A stretch of DNA of 64,000 nt from Candidatus Uhrbacteria bacterium RIFOXYC2_FULL_47_19 (GCA_001791745.1 MGFG01000020.1:10712-74711); one strand, 5' to 3'; shown: positions 27,676-37,438, numbered from the stretch's first letter. Translations and numbers: made by a program. The notes: generated by a model from the sequence alone, not told the origin.

Positions 27676-28242
27676 ATGCCAATCCAAAAAGTCTCCAAGA
27701 ATCGACTACTGCTACATGCCTGCTGTGCGCCGTGTAGTATTGCGGTTATTAATGAATTAAGAGTTGAGTATGAGCTTTACGTGCTTTTCTTTAACCCCAA
27801 TATTCATCCTGAGGCCGAATATCTAAAACGTAAAAGTGAAGTGGTTCGGGTTTGTCGAGAGTGGAAAGTATCCATGATTGATTTAGATTATGAATCAACA
27901 CTCTGGGAGGAATTAGTTGCACCAGTGTCTCAAAAAAAGGAAGGTGGCCCTCGCTGTTCAACTTGTTTCCGTTTACGTTTAGCTCGAACTGCAGATTATG
28001 CCAAGGAACATGGATTCGTTTATTTTGCCACAAGCTTAACTATGGGTCGACGCAAGGATTCAACTGTGATTAATGCTATCGGGCGGACTATTGCAGTACA
28101 GTTTGGATTAAAGTTTTTGGACACTAATTGGAAGAAAGGTGGACGATGGGAGACAGGTCGTCGATTGACTGAGGAATGGGGGATTTATCGGCAGTCCTAT
28201 TGTGGTTGTAGATTTTCGTTGGAAGAGATGGCTAAGCGTTAA
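27676..28242 (+). CDS. queH: Epoxyqueuosine reductase QueH (DUF208)
   Basis: The sequence reads LLLHACCAPCS...FFNPNIHPEAEY...CSTCF...YCGC, which is the QueH Cys-motif pattern. The start is at MPIQK. Confidence 0.8.
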   Translation: MPIQKVSKNRLLLHACCAPCSIAVINELRVEYELYVLFFNPNIHPEAEYLKRKSEVVRVCREWKVSMIDLDYESTLWEELVAPVSQKKEGGPRCSTCFRLRLARTADYAKEHGFVYFATSLTMGRRKDSTVINAIGRTIAVQFGLKFLDTNWKKGGRWETGRRLTEEWGIYRQSYCGCRFSLEEMAKR

Positions 28243-28310
28243 ATAAGTGATATTAACTTATTAGGTTTTTCCTGCTGTGCTACGGGAGTGAATAATGAGT
28301 AGTTTTAAAT

Positions 28311-28343
28311 AAAAAAGACGACTCAATGAAGGTCGTCTTTTTT
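28311..28343. terminator. Bidirectional terminator between queH and typA
   Basis: AAAAAAGACGAC-tcaatgaag-GTCGTCTTTTTT. An A-tract and a T-tract flank a 9-bp stem. Confidence 0.7.
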
Positions 28344-28358
28344 GCACTTGGCGTTATT

Positions 28359-30161
28359 CTATTCGGATTTACTTGCATTACGTTTACGTTCGTGTTCTTT
28401 TAGAAATTTTTTACGAATGCGGATAGATTGCGGTGTTACTTCTACGTATTCATCGTCGGCAATAAACTCAAGTGCACGTTCTAAATTCATTTCCACAGGT
28501 GGAGCCAAAATAATAGCGTCATCAGCGTTACTGGTGCGCATATTAGTCAATTTCTTTCCACGAACAGGGTTAATGACCATAGTATCGCGCATGCTCGATC
28601 CAACCACCATACCTTCGTAGACTTCGATTCCTGGTCCGATGAATAACATACCGCGCTCTTGAATCAAATTCAGGGCATAGGCTGTCGACTTGCCGTTTTC
28701 CATTGAAATGAGGGAAAAAGATGACCGTCGAACAATATCACCTTTGTGTGGACCATAATGCGAGAAAATATGCGACAGAGTGCCTTCGCCTCGAGTATTA
28801 GTTAGGAATTCCATGCGGTAACCAAGTAGTCCGCGAGTAGGTATTACGTATTCCAGTCTGGTACTACCATGTTCACTTTTCATGGTCTTCATTTCGCCCT
28901 TTCTTCGCCCTAGTTTTTCTATAATTGTCCCAGCTTGTGCGTCGGGGACATCAATCGTCACTGTTTCATAAGGCTCGAGCGTCTTTCCTTCTTCCTCACG
29001 CATGATTACCTGAGGTTGACTGACCTGGAGCTCGTAGCCCTCACGTCGCATGGTTTCAATTAAAACTGATAGGTGCATTTCACCGCGTCCGCTTACACGG
29101 AAAGCATCGCCACCTTCAGGAAATTCTATTTGTAGTCCGACATTGGTTTCTAATTCGCGCTGTAGACGATCGCGAATCTGCCGTGAGGTTACGTATTTTC
29201 CTTCTCGTCCCGCCAGTGGCGAATTATTAACTAAGAAGTTCATGGTCAAAGTCGGCGGATCAACACTAATACTTGGTAGTGCCTCAGCCATCGGATCTTC
29301 TGCCACCGTCTCGCCTACATTAAGATCAGAAATGCCGGCAATTAGGATGATATCCCCCGATTGAGCTTCTTCGACTTCAACACTACGTAGGCCTTCCGAG
29401 GTTAATATCTTGGTCAGCTTGGCTGTATCACGAGATCCGTCGGCTCGAATAATGGTGACGGGCATACCAACATGCGCTCGTCCTTCATAGATGCGCCCCA
29501 ATCCCATTCGTCCGACATAGTCATCGTAGGATAGGTTGGCTGGCTGTAAACGGAAGGGCTTAGATGGATCACTAAATGCTGGTGGTACTTTCTTGATGAT
29601 TGTATCGAAAAGCGGTTGAAGATCCTGACTTGGGTCATCAAGTGTCTTTTTGGCTATTCCTTCGCGTGCGACGGCGTAAATGCATTCAAAGTCGGTTTGT
29701 TCATCATTAGCTCCCAGTTCAACAAACAAGTCGAACACCATATCAAGGACCTCGGTCGGTCTGGCGGCAGCCTTGTCAATTTTATTGATGACCACAATTG
29801 GTTTGAGTCCGAGCTCTAGTGATTTTCTGAGTACAAATCTGGTTTGAGGCATCGGACCTTCTTGGGCATCCACTAGTAACAACACCGAGTCGACCATTCT
29901 GAGTACTCGTTCAACCTCGGAACCGAAGTCGGCATGGCCGGGAGTATCGACAATGTTCACCTTGACATCACCTAGACGAATGCTGGTGTTCTTGGCATAG
30001 ATCGTAATACCACGCTCTTTTTCGAGAGCGTTACTATCCATGACTCTTTCGCCAACGACTTCTCGGTCCGTGAAGGTACCGGTTTGCTTGAGCATGGCAT
30101 CTACAAGGGTCGTTTTGCCATGGTCGACGTGCGCGATGATAGCGATGTTGCGGAATTCCAC
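28359..30161 (-). CDS. typA: Translational GTPase TypA/BipA
   Basis: [25 protein letters not shown] and NKIDK are present. The sequence aligns with TypA over its full length. It has a GTG start. Confidence 0.95.
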   Translation of the reverse strand: MEFRNIAIIAHVDHGKTTLVDAMLKQTGTFTDREVVGERVMDSNALEKERGITIYAKNTSIRLGDVKVNIVDTPGHADFGSEVERVLRMVDSVLLLVDAQEGPMPQTRFVLRKSLELGLKPIVVINKIDKAAARPTEVLDMVFDLFVELGANDEQTDFECIYAVAREGIAKKTLDDPSQDLQPLFDTIIKKVPPAFSDPSKPFRLQPANLSYDDYVGRMGLGRIYEGRAHVGMPVTIIRADGSRDTAKLTKILTSEGLRSVEVEEAQSGDIILIAGISDLNVGETVAEDPMAEALPSISVDPPTLTMNFLVNNSPLAGREGKYVTSRQIRDRLQRELETNVGLQIEFPEGGDAFRVSGRGEMHLSVLIETMRREGYELQVSQPQVIMREEEGKTLEPYETVTIDVPDAQAGTIIEKLGRRKGEMKTMKSEHGSTRLEYVIPTRGLLGYRMEFLTNTRGEGTLSHIFSHYGPHKGDIVRRSSFSLISMENGKSTAYALNLIQERGMLFIGPGIEVYEGMVVGSSMRDTMVINPVRGKKLTNMRTSNADDAIILAPPVEMNLERALEFIADDEYVEVTPQSIRIRKKFLKEHERKRNASKSE

Positions 30162-30337
30162 TTCGATTAACGTTTAACCTTACATAACGACAGAATGCTA
30201 CTCCCGAAACGGTTGATTGTCAACTTGGTCAGGTTCTGTCGTTATTTTTGCTCTCTTTGGGGAGTACTTATTTCATAACCAAAAGCCACGACATGGTTGT
30301 CGTGGCTGGCGACTGTTTTTGTCTCGAACAGTATATT

Positions 30338-31060
30338 TTAGAAATATGGTCGTTCTTGAGAGTCTTTGACTAAGTCAAAGGCCTCCTCAGCAGTGTCGAC
30401 AATTTTTACAATATCTAAGTCTTTTTCTTTTATATATTCGTTAGATAGTAAGTCTTGTCGAATCCAGCTGAACAAGCCTTCCCAATACTTGCGATCGATT
30501 AGGACGATCGGTATTGGCGCCATCTTACCAGTTTGGATTAGAGTGATCAGTTCAAACATTTCGTCGAGTGTGCCGAAGCCACCAGGAAAGAAAAGATAGG
30601 CCTGGGACGAGGCCGACATCATTACTTTGCGAGTGAAGAAATAATAGAAACCCTTGCCATGTTTAACGTACTTATTAGTGCGTTGTTCCATCGGTAGTTG
30701 GATGTTTAGTCCAACTGACTCGGCACCAGCTTCGAATGCACCGCGGTTAGCCGCTTCCATAATACCTGGACCTCCGCCGGTGATAATGGTGAAGCCAGCC
30801 TCACCCAGTAGTCGTGCCAGCTTACGTGCTGATTCGTAGTCTGGATGCCCTTCAGTTACACGAGCTGAACCAAAAAAGGTAACTTCTCGTTTGAGATCAG
30901 CTAAGAATTCGAAACCCTCAGTGAACTCGGCCATGATGCGAAAAATTTTCCAACTAGCACCCTCACGAAAATCTGGTACTTGAGGTAGAGGTACCTCGTC
31001 TGTTCCTGGGATTTTTCTTTCTTTGTGTTCAGTGCCTTTGGGTTGTGTTTCGTCGATCAT
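30338..31060 (-). CDS. LOG family protein (TIGR00730; cytokinin riboside 5'-monophosphate phosphoribohydrolase-like)
   Basis: VTFFGSAR...TGGGPGIMEAANRGA...PGGFGTLDE fits the PGGxGTxxE LOG signature. Confidence 0.85.
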   Translation of the reverse strand: MIDETQPKGTEHKERKIPGTDEVPLPQVPDFREGASWKIFRIMAEFTEGFEFLADLKREVTFFGSARVTEGHPDYESARKLARLLGEAGFTIITGGGPGIMEAANRGAFEAGAESVGLNIQLPMEQRTNKYVKHGKGFYYFFTRKVMMSASSQAYLFFPGGFGTLDEMFELITLIQTGKMAPIPIVLIDRKYWEGLFSWIRQDLLSNEYIKEKDLDIVKIVDTAEEAFDLVKDSQERPYF

Positions 31061-31144
31061 GCTTTTGGTGATTATTTTTTGGTTCTAGTTTCTAGTCGGA
31101 ATTATACCCGGCTTTTTGTTCTAACCTAACTTATTTTACTATGG

Positions 31145-32017
31145 TTATTCGAACCGTTCCTGCCAGCGTTCTTCGACATCGACATCCAAATCAATGAAGA
31201 CTTGGCGACCGGTAATAGTTTCCATTTCATGACGAACTGATTGTCCAATAGCCTTGATAGTACGTCCACCTTGACCGATCAACATGCCGCGGTAGCGGTC
31301 GGCGTTGGTTAGGATACGAGCTCGGACATATAGTATGCCGTTCTCTCGTTCAGAAACTTCATCAACCTCTGCTGTAGTCGAATAAGGAACTTCTTCATGC
31401 ATCCGCATAAAGACTTTCTCTCGGATCAGTTCAGCGATGCGAAAATTGCGATCAAGATTGGTTAGTATGTCCGTCGGATAAGATGGTTCTCCCTCGGGTA
31501 GTAGATCAAGCAGTCGATCGGTAAGTGCTTTTAGATTGTGTCCTTTTGTAGCGGAGAGTTCGATGACTGAGTCAAATTCATTACTCCAGATACGATACTC
31601 GTCGGCATACGGACCCCTTAGATCCGACTTGTTGATGACCATGATCTTTGGGCAGTCGGCGGCCGTGACTAGGCCATGCACGATCTTTTCTTCGTCGCCA
31701 ATATGCCGAGTGGGGTCGACTACATAAATTACTACATCGATGCCACGCAGTGACTGTCTGACTTTTTCATTCAGGCGGGCGGTTAAGTTGTCCGGTACGT
31801 GGGTGAAGATACCTGGAGTGTCGACGATTACCGCTTGTCCGCGTGGGTCATTAAGGATGCCCTGGATAGCATGGCGGGTGGTTTGCGGCTTGGGTGTAGT
31901 GATGGCTACCTTGGTGCCGATGAGTGCGTTCAAAAGCGTGGATTTGCCCACGTTGGAACGGCCGACCAGTACAGCGAAGCCCGATTTTTGCCCTGGTTTT
32001 GGGGTTTCTTTGTTCAT
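31145..32017 (-). CDS. era: GTPase Era
   Basis: GFAVLVGRSNVGKSTLLN, DTPG and NKSD are present. The C-terminus is KH-domain-like. Confidence 0.9.
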   Translation of the reverse strand: MNKETPKPGQKSGFAVLVGRSNVGKSTLLNALIGTKVAITTPKPQTTRHAIQGILNDPRGQAVIVDTPGIFTHVPDNLTARLNEKVRQSLRGIDVVIYVVDPTRHIGDEEKIVHGLVTAADCPKIMVINKSDLRGPYADEYRIWSNEFDSVIELSATKGHNLKALTDRLLDLLPEGEPSYPTDILTNLDRNFRIAELIREKVFMRMHEEVPYSTTAEVDEVSERENGILYVRARILTNADRYRGMLIGQGGRTIKAIGQSVRHEMETITGRQVFIDLDVDVEERWQERFE

Positions 32018-32485
32018 ATGTCTGTAGTGTGCTCGTAGCGTACAGCAGACGTCCGGCTTTTTCCAGCCCCTGGGATCGGAAACATTGACGAACTCGCTGG
32101 TAAGCGGGTAGGCTCAGAGTCGGTACTTTATTCGGCTTGACGATTATAGTCGAAGAAAGAGAGATCGCCTTGGTTACGAGACGACGTGAACGGGATCTCT
32201 TAAGGCGGGAGATAAGTGAACAGTTGGATGAATATTGGGAGGAACAGTGGCAAGTTGAGTGTTCAAGAAGTGAAGGCTTGGACTGCCTGGGTTCAACCTC
32301 GATAAGGGTAACGTCAAATAGTGCTCAAAGATCGCAGGTTGTTCATTGTTCAGGCTGGCAGATTCCTTGGGACTTGGTCACTATTCAGTGTCTGCCTATC
32401 CCATCGCGCTGTTGGGCGCAGGTTCTCGGCGGACAGGTGCCACTCATTTTATTCTTTGCGAATCAAAACTAAGGTTCATCGTTCC

Positions 32486-32507
32486 GAGCCCTCTAGGGCT
32501 CTTTTTT
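32486..32507 (+). terminator. Terminator-like hairpin with a T-tract
   Basis: GAGCCCT-cta-AGGGCTC is followed by TTTTTT. It could terminate a plus-strand small RNA from the 32.0-32.5 kb spacer. Confidence 0.5.
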
Positions 32508-32516
32508 ATCGCCCCG

Positions 32517-32542
32517 CAAAACCCCGGGCGTAAGCCCGGGAG
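32517..32542. repeat. REP-like element AAACCCCGGGC-GTAA-GCCCGGGAG (copy 1)
   Basis: A 6-7 bp GC stem with a GNRA (GTAA) loop. It is identical to the copy at 32694. Confidence 0.6.
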
Positions 32543-32693
32543 TTCCGTGCCCGCCTTTGGCCTCCTGCCCTCCGTGAAGTAAGGTGACGGGGTATGGAGT
32601 ATCGACCGTCGGCTGTGATGAGACGACGATCCGCCGGTACATCGAAGCGCAAGGGCAGGAGGACAAAGGACAAACGAAGTTTGTGTGGTAAAG

Positions 32694-32718
32694 AAACCCC
32701 GGGCGTAAGCCCGGGGAG
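32694..32718. repeat. REP-like element AAACCCCGGGC-GTAA-GCCCGGGGAG (copy 2)
   Basis: Same 24-nt palindrome as copy 1. The two copies flank an 11-bp long-range complement: CCTCCTGCCCT at 32561-32571 pairs with AGGGCAGGAGG at 32652-32662. Confidence 0.6.
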
Positions 32719-32808
32719 TGTCATTGCCTTGTTAGAAACCTGAACGGATTATTCGGCACTTGACGTTATTTGGTGGCCTGGTTTAAGCTTCAGTTTGAAG
32801 GAGGAGAC

Positions 32809-33219
32809 ATGGAAAACAGGAATGAGCCAACCTTGGGGCAGCAGTGGTTCGCTGCTATTAAAGAACGAGGAGATCGGACCAAAAAATCAGACGGCGTTGA
32901 TTCTTCTAGAGTAGTTGTTACTCAACACATCAGCGTCTTAAGGGATAATATTAGAGAGGCTATGGATTCTAGAAATCCTCAGACTGTCAGAGTACCTGGG
33001 TTTGAGGATGTCTATAGTTACGACGAAATGTCTCGGATACAGTCTGTCCACTCTGAAAAAATTCCACTAAACCCAGATGATTTTGAAGGAGTTCAACGCG
33101 AGATGATCCTCTGGTGCCAGAAGGAGGGACTGGTTTGTTACTATCTTTACATCAGCTCAGATGCCATGGGCGTCGTTCCTCCTTGTGTGGGGGTCCGCTG
33201 TTTTCCAGCTGAATCTTAG
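32809..33219 (+). CDS. Hypothetical protein
   Basis: The ATG lies after the RBS GAAGGAGGAGAC. The product is MENRNEPTLGQQWF... (about 136 aa). No family recognised. Confidence 0.45.
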   Translation: MENRNEPTLGQQWFAAIKERGDRTKKSDGVDSSRVVVTQHISVLRDNIREAMDSRNPQTVRVPGFEDVYSYDEMSRIQSVHSEKIPLNPDDFEGVQREMILWCQKEGLVCYYLYISSDAMGVVPPCVGVRCFPAES

Positions 33220-33312
33220 TCACAAGTTGTGTAGTTCATCGAAAATGACTTTGGAGCTTTCCCCTCGATCTCGAGGGGTTTTTAATAATTTGTTTATTGT
33301 TTAGTGTTTTAT

Positions 33313-34629
33313 TTATTTCAGTTCCAATTTGGCGACCAGCTCGACGTGCGGTGAGTTGGGGAACAGATCTAGAGCACGTAGATCGGCTAGATGGTATTGA
33401 GTTTCGAGTAGTGACCATTCGCGAACAAAACTATCGTAGTTACAGGAGACATAAATAATAGTAGATGGTCGTTGTTTCAGTAAGTTTTCGATCACCTTAG
33501 GATGTAGGCCTGAACGTGGCGGATCAACGATTACTAAGTCTGGTCGTTCGTTGTTCCAAACCAATGACTCAGCTTTAGCATCGGTGAAGGTTAGGTTGCT
33601 TAGTCCGTTGAGTTCGGCATTGCGGCGGGCAGTGGTGATAGCTTCGGCATCTAGCTCGACACCATGCACCTGTTGTACCAGATCGGCTACACCTACTGCG
33701 AAGAATCCTACGCCACAGTATAAGTCTAAAAGTGTTTTAGCACCGGAGTTTACAACATGTTCGCGGACTGTTTCGAGTAGTTTTTCGGCCATGATCGTGT
33801 CGGTCTGAAAGAAGGAGTTGGGTGGAATCAGGTAGTCGTGTCCACCGACGCGTTCGAGGAGTAATTCCTCACCCGAGAGTAATTCCAGCCGCTCGGCGAG
33901 CGATAGATCGGTTATGGTCGGATTGATGCCGTGATAGATGGAGGTGGCCAGTGGACTGAGTCGGGCGATCAAGTCGTCACGTCCAGGTAGGGGAGCGTCG
34001 GCTGTTACAACAGTAATCATACGTCGATTGGTGTTCTTGCCCTCGCGCACCACCAAGTAGCGAACATATCCAGTGTGTCGAAAGACACACCAAGGTGTGA
34101 CGCTGTTAGTTTGTATCCAGTCTCTGAACTCGCGTAGTATGTCAGCCGCGACAGGCGAGAGTAATGGACAGACATTCAAGTCGACATAAGAATTCCAACG
34201 ACCCGGTTCCTTTAGTCCCACCTGTCCCTCCGGACCGACACAAAAGTCCATACGATTGCGGTAGCCTAGAGTCTGCGGCGACGGTAGAACAGTTTCGATA
34301 CGTTTTGGGAGTCCGCCCCGCTCCAAAGCCTCATTCACTAGTTGGCGTTTCAGCTCAAGTTGGAATTTATAGTTGATGTGCTGCCAGGCGCAACCACCGC
34401 AAATGCCGGCATGCGGACAGGTCGGAGTGATTCGTTTTGGTGAGGCCTTGAGGATTTTTTCTAAATGAAACTTTTTGACACCCTTACATCGACCGACAAA
34501 CGAAGCTTCGACCAGTTCGCCGGGTACAGTAAAAGGTACGCCGGCCGGCCGGTCATTCATCAGTCCGTAGCCACGCCCCTTGCGGTCACAGGAGGTTATT
34601 TCTATTTCATGCAGTTCGCCGTATTTCAT
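33313..34629 (-). CDS. 23S rRNA (uracil-C5)-methyltransferase RlmD/RumA family (TRAM, Fe-S cluster, SAM methyltransferase)
   Basis: The N-terminus is TRAM-like. A Cys cluster CPHAGICGGCAWQH is present. SAM motifs are LLDLYCGVGFF and DPPRSG. Confidence 0.85.
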   Translation of the reverse strand: MKYGELHEIEITSCDRKGRGYGLMNDRPAGVPFTVPGELVEASFVGRCKGVKKFHLEKILKASPKRITPTCPHAGICGGCAWQHINYKFQLELKRQLVNEALERGGLPKRIETVLPSPQTLGYRNRMDFCVGPEGQVGLKEPGRWNSYVDLNVCPLLSPVAADILREFRDWIQTNSVTPWCVFRHTGYVRYLVVREGKNTNRRMITVVTADAPLPGRDDLIARLSPLATSIYHGINPTITDLSLAERLELLSGEELLLERVGGHDYLIPPNSFFQTDTIMAEKLLETVREHVVNSGAKTLLDLYCGVGFFAVGVADLVQQVHGVELDAEAITTARRNAELNGLSNLTFTDAKAESLVWNNERPDLVIVDPPRSGLHPKVIENLLKQRPSTIIYVSCNYDSFVREWSLLETQYHLADLRALDLFPNSPHVELVAKLELK

Positions 34630-34689
34630 GGAGGTAGGGTACTTTTTTTGTTAGATTGGGGTCAAATTTTGATTTTTAGTGTTTATGTT

Positions 34690-35012
34690 TCTGCCTCTGG
34701 GTCCCGGGTCTCGGCCCGGGATGACAGTGTTTTTTGTCATCTCAATTCTTCTTATGAATCTGTCATCCCTACTTTTTATTTTGTCATCTTAAAACCACAA
34801 GCCTTTTTATTTTGTCATCTCGAAACCTCAAGCCTTTTTTAATATGTCATCCCGGAAGGCCGAGCGAAGCGAAGTCTATCCGGGATCCAGAGTCTAATCA
34901 TAATCCGATCTTTCTGCCTCTGGGTCCCGGATACTACTCGCTACGTTCGCTCACAGTTCCGGGACGACGGTGCTTTAATATGTCATCCCGGGCCGAGACC
35001 CGGGATCCACGA
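34690..35012. repeat. Cluster of palindromic CTCTGGGTCCCGG...CCGGGATGACA elements (REP/MITE-like) and degenerate TGTCATC mini-repeats
   Basis: A full palindrome lies at 34693-34727 and inverted copies at 34845-34895 and 34981-35012. A variant lies at 34913-34975. TTTGTCATC(T/C)...AAGCCTTTTT units occur about four times in 34725-34850. Confidence 0.6.
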
Positions 35013-35019
35013 TTCGATC

Positions 35020-35300
35020 TCCACGGCGCATACCTCCCGCGGCAACCTCGGAGGCGTCCGGGCTGGGTCCCGTGCCGTGAGGCGAGGGCCGGACGCCGAG
35101 AGTTAGGACGGACCGCCGCCGGAGCGGGCCGACCCGTGCCGCGACGGTATGCGCCGGAGGCCCGTCCGGCCCGAGGACATAAAGTCCCCGCATAGTGGGA
35201 GGTAGGGCGGCCGCTCTCTTCCCTCCGTTTCTCTAGCGGGACAGAGAAACCGGGCCGGGGGCCCTGGGGAAGTGGAACTTCCCCAATTGAAGAGAATTAA
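35020..35300. other. GC-rich (about 70%) highly self-complementary segment; candidate structured RNA or foreign DNA
   Basis: There are nested inverted repeats: CGGCGCATACC (35024-35036) with GGTATGCGCCG (35146-35157), GGCGTCCGGGC with GGGCCGGACGCC, and GGGGAAGT-gga-ACTTCCCC. I could not fit the RNase P, SRP or tmRNA consensus by eye. Confidence 0.3.
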
Positions 35301-35390
35301 TTAGGGTTCCCTAGAGGGATGAAATCTCCTTAGGAAAGGGGAATATTCTGGGTCCCAGGTCAAGCCCGGGACGACAAAGGATAAAGATTT

Positions 35391-36530
35391 ATGCTATTTT
35401 CTGTACATCAACTTATGACTTTTATCTTGACTCTAATTGGCGCGGCCGTGTTGTCGGTAGTCGTTACCAGCCTGGTACGGATCATGGCTCGGCGTTTCGG
35501 TGTACTCGACAGACCGGCCGGTCGAAAACAGCATCGCACCCCGACACCGCTTTTAGGTGGTTTTGCCATTTACTTGTCTTTAGTTGGAGCGGTTGTGGTT
35601 ATGTCGTCACTTGGTCTTTTTAATGGTTCACATATCAAAGCTAAATATTTGGTGGGTATTATTGCTGCTGCATCATTTTTAGCTTTCGGTGGAGCTTTGG
35701 ATGATCGGTTTAATCTTAAACCATTACGTCAGTTGATTTGGCCTCTATTAGCTGTGGTCGCGATCATTGCGAGTGGTGTTGGTGTGGCCTATGTCACTAA
35801 TCCATTTGGTGGATTGATCGAACTCAATCGAATTACTACTACGGTTTTGTGGTTCGATGGTATTCCCTATCGTTTGACCTTACTTGCTGATTTGTTTGCC
35901 ATGGTTTGGCTTTTAACTTTAACGTACACTACAAAATTCCTAGATGGACTCGATGGTCTAGTATCTGGTGTGACCGTAATTGGTTGCTTGGTAGTCGCTG
36001 CAGTTAGTTTGACACGCGATGTAGCTCAGGCCGATACCGCTCTGTTGGCCCTGGCGATCGGCGGGGTGTTTGCTGGATTTTTAGTTTTTAACTTTCATCC
36101 AGCACGTATGTTTCTAGGTGAAGGTGGTTCAACTTTGGCCGGCTTTTTACTTGGTACATTGGCTATCATCTCAGGCGGAAAGATTGCTACGACTTTGTTA
36201 GTGCTCGGCCTGCCACTTTTTGATGCGGTAGTCGTAGTGGTGCGACGGGTACTGCGGGGCAAGTCACCATTTGGTGGTGACCGTTCTCATTTACATTTCC
36301 TATTGGTTGATGGTGGTGTACCACATGGTCAAGCCGTATTATTATATTGGGTTTTGGCAGCAGCGTTTGGAATTTCGACACTGTTGTTGCGTGGACCACA
36401 GAAGATCGCTGCTCTCGGATTGATTGGTAGTTTGGCCCTGGCTGGTGTGGCGTTATTAATGTCGATTCGACAACGCAATAAGATTATAAAAAGTAGTCTG
36501 ACGACAAATGACAACAGAACATCCGAATGA
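35391..36530 (+). CDS. Glycosyltransferase family 4 polyprenyl-phosphate sugar-1-phosphate transferase (WecA/MraY-like)
   Basis: VLDRPAGRKQHRTPTPLLGG matches D-x-P-x-x-RK-x-H-x-x-P-x-P-x-x-GG. About ten TM helices are present. Confidence 0.8.
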   Translation: MLFSVHQLMTFILTLIGAAVLSVVVTSLVRIMARRFGVLDRPAGRKQHRTPTPLLGGFAIYLSLVGAVVVMSSLGLFNGSHIKAKYLVGIIAAASFLAFGGALDDRFNLKPLRQLIWPLLAVVAIIASGVGVAYVTNPFGGLIELNRITTTVLWFDGIPYRLTLLADLFAMVWLLTLTYTTKFLDGLDGLVSGVTVIGCLVVAAVSLTRDVAQADTALLALAIGGVFAGFLVFNFHPARMFLGEGGSTLAGFLLGTLAIISGGKIATTLLVLGLPLFDAVVVVVRRVLRGKSPFGGDRSHLHFLLVDGGVPHGQAVLLYWVLAAAFGISTLLLRGPQKIAALGLIGSLALAGVALLMSIRQRNKIIKSSLTTNDNRTSE

Positions 36531-37041
36531 TAATCATCGACCCGTTCTCTTGTCGATTGGTTTAGTTGATTGGCGTAGTACGCTAGCTATGGCTGCGTTG
36601 ATTATTTTGGTTGTAGTAACACTACTGCTTCGTTGGCAACAGCACGGATTTGGTCGAGCTAAAGTAACACTGAACGGTACTGTAATATTGTCGGTCGAGG
36701 TGGCAGCTAGCGATTCAACTCGTCGACGGGGTTTGTCTGGTCGGACTAGTCTTCCAGAAGACATGGGAGTATTATTTTTGTTTTCCGAACCAAAGAAACA
36801 TATTTTTTGGATGAAGGATATGAAATTTCCGATTGAGGCGATTTGGATTCGAGATGGTCAAATCGTCGATTTGAGCTACGGGTTGTTACCTCCGTCTGAG
36901 GGTGAGTCACCTCAAGTTTTTACGTCAACCGAGTCTGCTGGAGCAGTGCTAGAGGTTTCAGCAGGTTTTATTGAAAAGCATGATATTAGGCTGGGTCAGC
37001 CGGTCACAGCCGACGTTGACAGGTTAGGCGGTTTGCGCTAA
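36508..37041 (+). CDS. DUF192 domain protein
   Basis: An N-terminal TM or signal segment is followed by RRRGLSGRTSLPEDMGVLFLF...HIFWMKDMKFPIEAIWIRDGQIVD, which matches the DUF192 core. Confidence 0.7.
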   Translation: MTTEHPNDNHRPVLLSIGLVDWRSTLAMAALIILVVVTLLLRWQQHGFGRAKVTLNGTVILSVEVAASDSTRRRGLSGRTSLPEDMGVLFLFSEPKKHIFWMKDMKFPIEAIWIRDGQIVDLSYGLLPPSEGESPQVFTSTESAGAVLEVSAGFIEKHDIRLGQPVTADVDRLGGLR

Positions 37042-37085
37042 AGTATTCCTGCTTAGCCCCAAAAAGCATTCCAAGCAAATATAAT

Positions 37086-37406
37086 ATGGCCCAAATTGCA
37101 GTCATTGAGACCGGTAGTAAGCAGTATATTGTTAAGCCGGGAGACGTTATCAGAATAGAGAAGTTGGAGGCCAAGGAAGGTGAGAAGTTGAACTTCGAAC
37201 CACTCTTGGTCGCAGACGAGGACGATAAAGAAGCCAAGGTCGGTACACCGACTGTGGCTGGTGCCTCGGTCAGCGCGGTGGTCCTCGGTGAGGGTCGCGG
37301 CCGACGAATTGAGGTGGTCAAGTATAAGCCGAAGGTCCGTTACCATAAAGCAGCTGGTCATCGGCAACACTTCACTGAGATTCGTATTGAGGAAGTCAAA
37401 GGTTAA
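37086..37406 (+). CDS. rplU: 50S ribosomal protein L21
   Basis: MAQIAVIETGSKQYIVKPGDVIRIEKL......VKYKPKVRYHKAAGHRQHFTEIRI. The bL21 family consensus is matched throughout. Confidence 0.9.
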   Translation: MAQIAVIETGSKQYIVKPGDVIRIEKLEAKEGEKLNFEPLLVADEDDKEAKVGTPTVAGASVSAVVLGEGRGRRIEVVKYKPKVRYHKAAGHRQHFTEIRIEEVKG

Positions 37407-37408
37407 AT

Positions 37409-37438
37409 CAAAAAGTCCGGCCTAGGCCGGACTTTTTG
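37409..37438. terminator. Bidirectional terminator (rplU / recR)
   Basis: AAAAAGTCCGGCC-ta-GGCCGGACTTTTT. Confidence 0.75.

Noticed and set aside
32137-32582. ORFs 32137..32472, 32321..32533 and 32346..32582 in the era upstream spacer
   Set aside because: Their composition becomes Cys/Trp-rich nonsense after about 40 codons, and they overlap the REP-like elements and a terminator hairpin.
32590-32640. CTGTGATGAG...GAAGCG read as a hammerhead-ribozyme or C/D-box-like motif
   Set aside because: The CUGAUGA core is interrupted (CUGUGAUGA). No stem I/II/III arrangement could be drawn.
34725-34860. Tandem TTTGTCATC... units as a possible CRISPR array
   Set aside because: There are only about four irregular units of unequal length and spacing, no repeat-spacer periodicity, and no cas genes nearby.
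34812-35195. ORFs 34812..35195 (plus strand) and 34975..35193 (minus strand)
   Set aside because: They are Arg/Pro/Gly-rich translations of the 70% GC structured segment and are almost certainly non-coding.
35020-35300. Assignment of the GC-rich segment to RNase P RNA or SRP RNA
   Set aside because: Only a short GTCCGGGCT resemblance to RNase P P4 was found. The other universally conserved blocks are absent.
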